DNA from: a virus
Lineage: Duplodnaviria > Caudoviricetes
Reading direction: 5' to 3' (one strand)
IMG/VR virus record: IMGVR_UViG_3300033064_005393
Span: 1,249 to 65,248 of that record
Length of the DNA stretch: 64,000 nucleotides
Below, one piece after another: positions 47,783 to 56,143 of this stretch. Position numbers and translations under genes: made by a program. Within the stretch, counting starts at the first letter, position 1. Every line of letters begins with the position of its first letter. Under the pieces are notes generated by a model, which saw only the letters and a list, made by a program, of their open reading frames with translations, did not search any database and was not told where the DNA came from.

Positions 47783-48787
47783 GTGATTCGTACATTAATT
47801 GTTGATGCAGACAATCTGTTTAAAATAGGTTTCCACGGGGTAAGAGAATTTTACCACGACGGTAAACATATTGGAGGTATTTTTCATTTTTTGAATGTTG
47901 TTCGTAAACTTTTAATTAACCAAGAATACGATAAGGTTTTCGTGGTATGGGATGGTCCTAACAATTCCATTCAGCGTAAAGCCATTTATTCGGAATATAA
48001 AAACAATAGGACTTCTTCTTTGACTGAATCAAAGAGGGAGTCCTTTTATTTTCAAAAGAACCGAGTCAAACAATATTTGGAAGAAATGTTTGTGCGACAG
48101 GTTTGTTTGGAAGGATGTGAATCGGATGATGTTATTGCCTATTATTGTCAAATATCACTTGATGAACAAAAAACTATTTTTTCATCCGATAAGGATTTAA
48201 CACAACTTATTTCTGATAAGGTTATGATATATTCACCGATTCATCGGGAGACTTATGGGTATGGAGAAAAAGTTAAAATTGGTCAATTAATTATACCAAT
48301 CGAAAATGTCGTAACACTCAAGGTTTTCTTGGGTGACAAATCCGATAACATTCCTGGTATTGATCGTTTAGGTGAGAAAACTTTTGTTAAATTCTTTCCT
48401 GAGATTTTGGACAAACCTGTTTCTGTTGATTACATTATAGAACGGACCAAGGAGATCCTTTCTGAGGACAATTCCTTGACCGTGTTAAACAATGTAATCA
48501 ATGGTAAGACAAAGACACAAACACTCGGAGAAGAGTTCGTTAAAACGAATATTTCACTTATTGATCTTAGTCGACCACTATTATCAGAAGAAAACAAAGA
48601 GGAAATTAGAAACTATTATTCTGAGGAGTTAGACCCCGAAGATAGAGGGTATAGAAATATACTTAGATTTATGGAAGAAGATGGGATCTTTAAGTATCTT
48701 CCAAAAACAAACGACGGGTGGGTAGAGTTTGTACAGCCGTTTTTAAAGCTCACCAGAAAAGAAAAAAGAAGAACTAAAAAAAATTAA
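47783..48787 (+). CDS. 5'-3' exonuclease/flap endonuclease (PolI N-terminal/T4 RNase H-like)
   Basis: LIVDAD, VWDG, R...Y..YK.NR, ESDD, SSDKD..QL and GDKSDNIPGI..LGEKT. Confidence 0.93.
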   Translation: MIRTLIVDADNLFKIGFHGVREFYHDGKHIGGIFHFLNVVRKLLINQEYDKVFVVWDGPNNSIQRKAIYSEYKNNRTSSLTESKRESFYFQKNRVKQYLEEMFVRQVCLEGCESDDVIAYYCQISLDEQKTIFSSDKDLTQLISDKVMIYSPIHRETYGYGEKVKIGQLIIPIENVVTLKVFLGDKSDNIPGIDRLGEKTFVKFFPEILDKPVSVDYIIERTKEILSEDNSLTVLNNVINGKTKTQTLGEEFVKTNISLIDLSRPLLSEENKEEIRNYYSEELDPEDRGYRNILRFMEEDGIFKYLPKTNDGWVEFVQPFLKLTRKEKRRTKKN

Positions 48788-48790
48788 ACT

Positions 48791-49243
48791 ATGAAAGAAA
48801 TTAATGATGTAACGAAGATGGAGTTTTTGTTGACCCTCAATGACAATATTGTGGTACAACGATACTTTAACGTTAAGAATTACAATCCGAGAGCTCGTAA
48901 CAGCTACACTATGGTTGAACTTATGAATCAGATTAAAGAACAGATCCACGAGGACTTAAAAGCGAAATCTTGTTACTTTTTGCTCGACAACTACCATCAA
49001 ATTTTGATGGACCCAAGTGTACTTTCCACCTCAAATACCGACGATCCCGAGTCGTTTAATATGTATTTGAAGCTCGGAGACCTGACAATTTGTCAATCAG
49101 GGTGGGATGCTAAAATATACCCGCCTAAAATAAGATACACCGTAGATGTGCGTCCACACCTAAAAAGTGTACTTTCACACCTAACTGACATTTTTTCAAA
49201 TCAAAATTTAGTATACAACTACTTGAATATTCAGCTAGTATAA
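48791..49243 (+). CDS. Hypothetical protein
   Basis: 150-aa ORF within the replication operon. Confidence 0.7.
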   Translation: MKEINDVTKMEFLLTLNDNIVVQRYFNVKNYNPRARNSYTMVELMNQIKEQIHEDLKAKSCYFLLDNYHQILMDPSVLSTSNTDDPESFNMYLKLGDLTICQSGWDAKIYPPKIRYTVDVRPHLKSVLSHLTDIFSNQNLVYNYLNIQLV

Positions 49244-49283
49244 ATGTATTTATAAAACACGAAAAACGTATTAACGATAGACT

Positions 49284-50657
49284 ATGAGCGACGAAAAAAA
49301 CTTTGGATACCTTGGAAACACATTTCAAATACAATTACTTAATAACATTATACTTTACAAGGACTTCGCAGCATCAATCGTTGATGTAATAGATCCCAAG
49401 TACTTCGATAACCAATACTTCCGTTTGATTATGCAAATAATCAAAGAATATTATGTCAAGTATGAACACGTCCCAAATTTTGATACACTTGATCAACTTA
49501 CTAAAAGTGAAATAAGTGCACCTATGGCTCAAAAAATGGTTTTGGATATGGTCAAACAGGTAAAGGACGCACCATTCGAAGGTCATAATTTTGTACAAGA
49601 AAAATCCCTGAAGTTTTGTAAACAACAAGAGCTACAGAAGGTAATGACAAAGGCACAAAAGATTATCGATAAAGGTGATTTTGAAAGTTACGACCATTTG
49701 GAAGAGATGGTTCGTGAAGCCCTAATGGTCGGTGAAATTGATCCAGGAACTAACGATGTGTTCAGTAATTTAGATGAGGTGTTACAAGACGATTACCGAC
49801 ATCCAATTCCAATTGGAATTACTGGTATTGACAACCTTCTTAAAGGTGGATTGGCTAAAGGTGAGATCGGAGTAATTCTTGCACCTACCGGTGTTGGTAA
49901 AACAACAGTTCTTACAAAATTTGCTAATCACGCTTTTAATTTGGGTTATAACGTACTTCAAGTATTTTTTGAGGACAATCCAAAAATCATTCAAAGAAAA
50001 CACTTCACATTGTGGACAGGTATTGCACCTGACAATCTATCACAATGTAGGGATGAAGTAATGGAAAAAGTTAGAAGAGTTCAGGATACTATGCAAAATA
50101 AATTGACACTAAAGAAATTACCCTCAGATACGTTGACACTAAATCAGATCAAAAATCAGGTTAGAAAGTTAATTGCTGAAGGAACAAAAGTTGATTTGAT
50201 TGTATTAGACTACATTGACTGTATTATGCCTGATAAAAACTTAGGTGATGAATGGAAAAGTGAAGGATCTGTGATGAGAGGTTTTGAGTCGATGTGTCAC
50301 GAACTTGGTTTAGTAGGATGGACAGCAACACAAGGTAACCGATCTTCCATATCATCTGACGTGGTAACTAATGACCAAATGGGAGGTTCAATTAAAAAAG
50401 CTCAAGTTGGTCACGTAATTATAACTGTTGCAAAATCTCTCCAACAAAAAGAGATGAATTTAGCAACTATTGCCATCACAAAATCTCGTATTGGAAAGGA
50501 TGGAATCGTATTCGAAAACTGCAAATTTGATAACGAAATGATTGTTATAGATACTGAACAAAGTGTCACCTTCTTAGGTCTTGAAGAACAAAAGGAAGAA
50601 AAAAACAAACTACGTATCAAAGAACTGTTGGAGAGAAGAAAACAACAAACAACTTAA
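49284..50657 (+). CDS. Replicative DnaB/gp41-like helicase
   Basis: APTGVGKT, LDYID, WTATQGNR and KSR.G.DG. Confidence 0.93.
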   Translation: MSDEKNFGYLGNTFQIQLLNNIILYKDFAASIVDVIDPKYFDNQYFRLIMQIIKEYYVKYEHVPNFDTLDQLTKSEISAPMAQKMVLDMVKQVKDAPFEGHNFVQEKSLKFCKQQELQKVMTKAQKIIDKGDFESYDHLEEMVREALMVGEIDPGTNDVFSNLDEVLQDDYRHPIPIGITGIDNLLKGGLAKGEIGVILAPTGVGKTTVLTKFANHAFNLGYNVLQVFFEDNPKIIQRKHFTLWTGIAPDNLSQCRDEVMEKVRRVQDTMQNKLTLKKLPSDTLTLNQIKNQVRKLIAEGTKVDLIVLDYIDCIMPDKNLGDEWKSEGSVMRGFESMCHELGLVGWTATQGNRSSISSDVVTNDQMGGSIKKAQVGHVIITVAKSLQQKEMNLATIAITKSRIGKDGIVFENCKFDNEMIVIDTEQSVTFLGLEEQKEEKNKLRIKELLERRKQQTT

Positions 50658-50675
50658 TTAAAATAAATAAAAAAT

Positions 50676-51959
50676 ATGAATAACAACATTTTTAGTATGG
50701 CACTAAAAGATCACCGATATGTGATCAAAAGAAGTGGTGAAAAAGTCTTCTTTGAATCTGAAAAAATAAAAAACGCAGTCACTAAAGCAATGGCTTCAGT
50801 TGGAAAAGTTGACTTAGAGATGGCTGAAAAAATTGCAAGAATTGCAAAAAGAAGTCTTTTCAAAGGAGATAAGGATAGAGTTCCTCACGTGGACGAAGTT
50901 CACGATATGGTGGAGAACAAACTTATGGACAATGGTTTAAATGACGTTGCTAAGGAATACATCATTTATAGATTGAAACACAGGCCAAATATTTTTCAAA
51001 AAAGAGTAAATTTGAAACCTTATGAATACCCTCAATTAGTTGAATATGTTGATGCGATAAGACACTCATATTGGGTTCACACGGAGTTTAATTTTACTTC
51101 CGATATTCAGGACTTTAAAGTTCACCTTTCCGAAAAAGAACAAAGTGCGGTACAAAGAGCAATGTTGGCGATTTCACAAATTGAAATAGCGGTAAAATCT
51201 TTTTGGGGAGACATCTTCAAGAAACTACCGAAACCTGAAATCGGAAATGTTGGGGCTACCTTTGCAGAATCAGAAGTAAGACACGCGGACGCGTACTCAC
51301 ATTTGATCCAACTTCTTGGTTTAAATAAAGAGTTTGAAAATATCCTTGAAGTACCAGCAATTCGCAGAAGAATCAAATACTTGGAAAAAACAATTCACAA
51401 TTCTAAATCTGTTGAAAATCAAGATTATTTTGAATCTGTAGTATTGTTCTCGATGTTTGTCGAGAATGTATCACTATTTTCTCAGTTTTTGATTATTATG
51501 TCCTTCAACAAACATAAAAATGTTTTGAAAGGGATAAGTAACGCAGTTGAGGCTACGTCTAAAGAAGAAAATATTCACGCAAGTTTTGGATTCGACTTGG
51601 TTAATTTAATCAAGGAAGAAAATCCAACTTGGTGGAATGAAGAATTAATTGAAGATCTGATTGATGCAACAAAAGATGCTTACGAAGCGGAATCTGAAAT
51701 TGTTGATTGGATTTTTGAAAAAGGAGATCTTTCTTTCCTAACGAAGGCACAAACAATGGAATTTATCAAACATAGATTTAATACCTCCTTGAATTCTATT
51801 GGAATTGATAGTATATTTGAAATCAATCACCCTTTGTTGGAAACAACTGAATGGTTTGATGATGAAATTTTAACCACGAAACACACCGATTTCTTTAATA
51901 AGAGAAGTATCAATTACAGTAAGAAATCGAAATCGATAACAATGAATGATTTATTTTAA
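50676..51959 (+). CDS. nrdB: Class I ribonucleotide reductase beta subunit with an N-terminal ATP-cone (class Id/NrdBi-like)
   Basis: VIKRSG...F..EKI..AV..A...V...LM......AKEYI.YR ATP-cone, then ferritin-like ISQIE.AVK, ESEVRH..AY, E.VSLF and EENIH. Confidence 0.93.
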   Translation: MNNNIFSMALKDHRYVIKRSGEKVFFESEKIKNAVTKAMASVGKVDLEMAEKIARIAKRSLFKGDKDRVPHVDEVHDMVENKLMDNGLNDVAKEYIIYRLKHRPNIFQKRVNLKPYEYPQLVEYVDAIRHSYWVHTEFNFTSDIQDFKVHLSEKEQSAVQRAMLAISQIEIAVKSFWGDIFKKLPKPEIGNVGATFAESEVRHADAYSHLIQLLGLNKEFENILEVPAIRRRIKYLEKTIHNSKSVENQDYFESVVLFSMFVENVSLFSQFLIIMSFNKHKNVLKGISNAVEATSKEENIHASFGFDLVNLIKEENPTWWNEELIEDLIDATKDAYEAESEIVDWIFEKGDLSFLTKAQTMEFIKHRFNTSLNSIGIDSIFEINHPLLETTEWFDDEILTTKHTDFFNKRSINYSKKSKSITMNDLF

Positions 51960-51968
51960 TATATAGAT

Positions 51969-53675
51969 ATGGAAGATAAAAAACCTTTTGATTGGATTAA
52001 CGAAGAGTCTATTACTTTTCTTCGTAGAGGATATTTGAGTGAGGGTGAAGAACCTTTAGAAAGAATTATGACGATAGCAAAACACGCTGAAGAACTTTTG
52101 GGTATGAAGGGTTTTGCCGATAAGTTTTATGAGTATATGGGTAAAGGTTGGTATTCTTTATCTTCACCTGTATGGGCTAACTTCGGTAAAAAAAGAGGTC
52201 TACCGGTTAGTTGTTTTGGATCAAACATCGGAGATAATATTGAGTCTATTCTTTACACTCAGGCCGAAGTTGGTGAAATGAGTAAAATGGGTGGAGGTAC
52301 CTCAGGATATTTTGGGAACATTCGTGGTAGAGGTGCAAAAATCACCGACAATGGACAAGCACCAGGATCAGTTCACTTTATGAACCTATTCCAAAGTGTG
52401 GTTGATAACATTTCACAGGGGTCTACCCGTAGAGGTCGTTTTTCACCGTACCTACCAGTGGAACATCCCGATATTATGGAGTTCTTGGAAATAGGAACAG
52501 AAGGGTTTCCAATTCAAGAGTTGACTCACGCGGTTACTGTTACTGATGAGTTTATGAATGATATGATTGATGGTGACAAAAAGAAAAGAGCTATTTGGGC
52601 TAAGATCATTCAACGCAGAGGTGAGATTGGTTATCCATACATTATGTTCACCGATACAATGAACAAAAATGCTCCCGAGGTTTACAAGGACAAAGAAATG
52701 AAAATTTATAACTCTAACTTGTGTTCCGAGATTGCATTACATAACTCTGAAGAAGAATCTTTTGTGTGTGTATTGTCATCTATGAATCTCCTTCACTATG
52801 ATGAGTGGAAGGACACAGACGCGATTGAGTTGATGGTTTACTTTCTTGATGTTGTTGTAACAGAATTCATCACCAAAATTGATGACATTAGAAATAATGG
52901 GACTATTGAGGGACAAAGAGCATTCTTCTACCTTGAAAAGGCATACAATTTTGCTAAAAGACAAAGAGCACTCGGTTTGGGTGTATTGGGATGGCACTCA
53001 CTTCTTCAGTCTAAGGGACTTCCCTTTGATAGTAAGGACAGTGCGAGATTGAATGTAGAAGTTTTTAAACTAATAAAAGAAAAGTCGTATGAAGCTTCTG
53101 CTACTTTGGCTAAAATGTTTGGAGAACCCGAACATTTGATAGGATACGGGAGAAGAAATGTTACCTTGAATGCAATTGCACCGACAACATCTTCAGCATT
53201 TATCTTAGGACAGGTATCTCAGTCAATTGAACCAATTTGGTCTAACGCTTATGTTAAGGACGTGGCTAAATTGAAAGTCACCATTAAGAACCGAGTACTT
53301 CAGAAGTTGTTGGCATCTATGAAAAAGGATACCAAAGCGACTTGGGATAGTATTAAAAAACACGATGGTTCGGTTCAACACTTAGATTTCTTAACACAAG
53401 AAGAAAAAGATGTATTCAGAACTTTTTCGGAAGTCACCCAATCAACAATCATCAATCAAGCTGCGGTTAGACAGGATTTCATTGACCAATCACAGTCATT
53501 GAACTTAATGATTTCACCTGATATGCCAACCAAAGATGTTAACAAACTTCTTATAGATGCTTGGCAGTTAGGAGTCAAAACATTATACTACCAACACTCA
53601 ATGAACTCAGCACAGGCATTCGCGAGAAAAAAACTCAATCTAAATGATTTGGTTTGTACTTCCTGTGAAGCGTAA
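51969..53675 (+). CDS. nrdA: Class I ribonucleotide reductase alpha subunit lacking an ATP-cone
   Basis: PVSCF, GGGTS, SNLCSEI, VCVLSS, RALGLG, APTTSS, KTLYY and C-terminal CTSC. Confidence 0.95.
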   Translation: MEDKKPFDWINEESITFLRRGYLSEGEEPLERIMTIAKHAEELLGMKGFADKFYEYMGKGWYSLSSPVWANFGKKRGLPVSCFGSNIGDNIESILYTQAEVGEMSKMGGGTSGYFGNIRGRGAKITDNGQAPGSVHFMNLFQSVVDNISQGSTRRGRFSPYLPVEHPDIMEFLEIGTEGFPIQELTHAVTVTDEFMNDMIDGDKKKRAIWAKIIQRRGEIGYPYIMFTDTMNKNAPEVYKDKEMKIYNSNLCSEIALHNSEEESFVCVLSSMNLLHYDEWKDTDAIELMVYFLDVVVTEFITKIDDIRNNGTIEGQRAFFYLEKAYNFAKRQRALGLGVLGWHSLLQSKGLPFDSKDSARLNVEVFKLIKEKSYEASATLAKMFGEPEHLIGYGRRNVTLNAIAPTTSSAFILGQVSQSIEPIWSNAYVKDVAKLKVTIKNRVLQKLLASMKKDTKATWDSIKKHDGSVQHLDFLTQEEKDVFRTFSEVTQSTIINQAAVRQDFIDQSQSLNLMISPDMPTKDVNKLLIDAWQLGVKTLYYQHSMNSAQAFARKKLNLNDLVCTSCEA

Positions 53676-53698
53676 TATTTGAAATAGTAGATATAAAG

Positions 53699-53727
53699 AA
53701 ACTCGACAAAACTTGTCGGGTTTTTTT
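53699..53727 (+). terminator. Intrinsic terminator after nrdA
   Basis: AAACTCGACAA-AAC-TTGTCGGGTTT followed by further T residues. Confidence 0.8.
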
Positions 53728-53764
53728 ATTTCAAAAAAAAATATCAGGAATATATTTATGAAAT

Positions 53765-54229
53765 ATGGCAGACGGTCAAACATACGGTATTAATTTTCCA
53801 TTCAGAGATAGCCCTGTTGGGGATTACCTTTCTTTATCTGTAACAACTGAGGAAGAGATTAGAAGTAATCTTCTTCATCTATTGTTAACAAGAAGAGGTA
53901 GTAGATATTATCTACCTACATTTGGTACAAGGTTGTATGAGTTTATTTTCGAACCATTGGATGGACCTTCTTTTGAGGCTATTAAATCAGACATTAAAGA
54001 CGCGGTCGGGGAATTTATTCCTAACCTTACGATAAACAATATTTCAATTACACCATACACTGACGATGCTGAACTGATCGGAGATCTAAACGTCACTAAT
54101 TTAGGTGTGGGGGGTGTTTACAGAGTACCTGGTAGAGGGACTGAAGAATATACTGCAAAAATAAGAATAGATTTCACAGCAGACGATATTGCTTTCGGAC
54201 AACGAGATTTCGTAATTATAAATATTTAA
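53765..54229 (+). CDS. Baseplate wedge protein gp25-like
   Basis: GI.FPF, IRSNL..LLLT.RG.R...P.FGT.L..FIFEP. Confidence 0.92.
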   Translation: MADGQTYGINFPFRDSPVGDYLSLSVTTEEEIRSNLLHLLLTRRGSRYYLPTFGTRLYEFIFEPLDGPSFEAIKSDIKDAVGEFIPNLTINNISITPYTDDAELIGDLNVTNLGVGGVYRVPGRGTEEYTAKIRIDFTADDIAFGQRDFVIINI

Positions 54230-54235
54230 TACCAA

Positions 54236-56074
54236 ATGGCAAACAGAAGAATTTCCTATACTGAAAGAGACTTTGAAGGATTACGTCAGGATCTTATCAA
54301 CTATACTCAACAATACTATCCAGATACTATTGATAACTTCAATGATGCTTCTGTGTATTCAGTATTTTTGGATTTAAATGCTGCTATCGGTGACAACCTA
54401 CACTACCATATTGACAGAAGTATTCAGGAGACTGTCCTTCAATATGCACAACAAAGATCATCAATCTATAATATCGCAAGGACTTACGGACTTAAAATAC
54501 CTGGAAACAGACCATCAGTCGCTTTGGTTGACTTATCAATTACAGTTCCTGCATTTGGCGACAAAGAAGACACACGTTATTTGGGGATCTTGAGATCAGG
54601 TTCACAATTTCTTGGTGCAGGTCAAGTATTTGAGAATGTATACGACATTGACTTCTCATCACAATACAACAATCAGGGGTTTCCAAACCAAACAAAGATT
54701 CCAAATTTTGATTCAAACAACAGACTAATCAACTACACGATAACCAAAAGAGAAGTGGTTGTTAACGGTGTCACCAAAATATTCAAAAAGGTTATCAACC
54801 CGTCAGATGTGAGACCATTCTACGAATTTTTCCTCCCCGACAGAAATGTGTTGTCGGTAAGTGCTATTATTCAAAAAGACGGAACAACTTATCAAACCAC
54901 ACCGACATATCAGGAGTTTCTTAATCCATTGAATAGATGGTATGAAGTGGATGCGTTAGCTGAAAATACCATATTTGTAGAAGATCCAACAAAACCAAGT
55001 GACAGAGCCGGTATCAAAGTTGGAAGATACATCGAGACAGATACAAGATTTATAACAGAATTCACACCTGAAGGTTTCTTAAAATTGACCTTTGGTAATG
55101 GAACCACAACTCCTGAACAACAATTGTCTCAGTTTTCTAGAACAGGAGTTCCTTTAAGAATTCAGGATTACCAAAACAATATTGGATTAGGTACAACCGT
55201 AAAACCAAATACCACTTTGTTTGTTCAATATAGAATTGGTGGTGGATTGGCATCTAACGTGGGGGTTAATGTAATCAATCAGGTTGGAACAATTAACTTT
55301 TTTGTTAATGGACCGTCAGAGAATCTTAACCAAACAGTTAATGGTTCACTACAGGTAAACAACGTAACAGCTGCGATAGGAGGGGCAAACCAACCAACAA
55401 TTGAAGAGGCAAGACAGATGGTAAGTTTTAACTTTGCTGCACAGAAGAGAGCGGTAACAATCAACGATTATAAGTCATTGATTTCTACAATGCCTGGTAA
55501 GTTTGGTGCACCTGCTAAGGTATCAATTACAGAACAAAACAACAAAATTTTAATTCAAATTTTATCTTACGATACAAATGGTTCTTTGACTGCTAATGTG
55601 TCAAATACTTTAGCTCAAAATATCGCAACCTATTTGTCAAACTATCGTATGATAAATGATTATATTCAAGTTGAAGCGGCACAAGTTATTGACTTGGAAT
55701 TTGAATATTCAATTGTATTTGATTCAACACAAAATCAGGGTCAAGTTATTACACAAGTTATCGATCAAACTCAAACATTTATGAGTCCACAAGTCAGAGA
55801 TTTAGGTGAGAATGTTAATATATCAAATTTACGAAGAATCATTCAAGATATACCAGGTGTTGTATCGGTTGCAGATATCAAAGTTTTTAATAAAGTTGGG
55901 GGACAATATTCATCAAGTGAAACATCTCAAAGATACTCAAACAATGAGACAAAACAGATTCAATTAATTGACGAAACGATTTACGCACAACCAAATCAAA
56001 TTTATCAGGTTAGATTCCCTAACAAAGACATCAAAGTTAGAATCAAAAATCTCAAAACAGTAGATTTCACCTAA
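54236..56074 (+). CDS. Baseplate wedge protein gp6/J-like
   Basis: Y..RDF, DN...D...QE....A....S...IA...G, L.FG.G, YR.GGG..SN, GG.....EE.R and Q.RAVT..DY. Confidence 0.92.
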   Translation: MANRRISYTERDFEGLRQDLINYTQQYYPDTIDNFNDASVYSVFLDLNAAIGDNLHYHIDRSIQETVLQYAQQRSSIYNIARTYGLKIPGNRPSVALVDLSITVPAFGDKEDTRYLGILRSGSQFLGAGQVFENVYDIDFSSQYNNQGFPNQTKIPNFDSNNRLINYTITKREVVVNGVTKIFKKVINPSDVRPFYEFFLPDRNVLSVSAIIQKDGTTYQTTPTYQEFLNPLNRWYEVDALAENTIFVEDPTKPSDRAGIKVGRYIETDTRFITEFTPEGFLKLTFGNGTTTPEQQLSQFSRTGVPLRIQDYQNNIGLGTTVKPNTTLFVQYRIGGGLASNVGVNVINQVGTINFFVNGPSENLNQTVNGSLQVNNVTAAIGGANQPTIEEARQMVSFNFAAQKRAVTINDYKSLISTMPGKFGAPAKVSITEQNNKILIQILSYDTNGSLTANVSNTLAQNIATYLSNYRMINDYIQVEAAQVIDLEFEYSIVFDSTQNQGQVITQVIDQTQTFMSPQVRDLGENVNISNLRRIIQDIPGVVSVADIKVFNKVGGQYSSSETSQRYSNNETKQIQLIDETIYAQPNQIYQVRFPNKDIKVRIKNLKTVDFT

Positions 56075-56143
56075 CCTTATATTCAGTTTAATTTACTACC
56101 ACCTAAAATTTGATAAATAACTATTTATCACAAAAGGATAACT

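Noticed and set aside
15707-53675. Inteins, introns or homing endonucleases in polymerase, helicases, RecA or RNR
   Set aside because: Motif spacing and protein lengths look uninterrupted; no intein termini or LAGLIDADG/HNH motifs seen.
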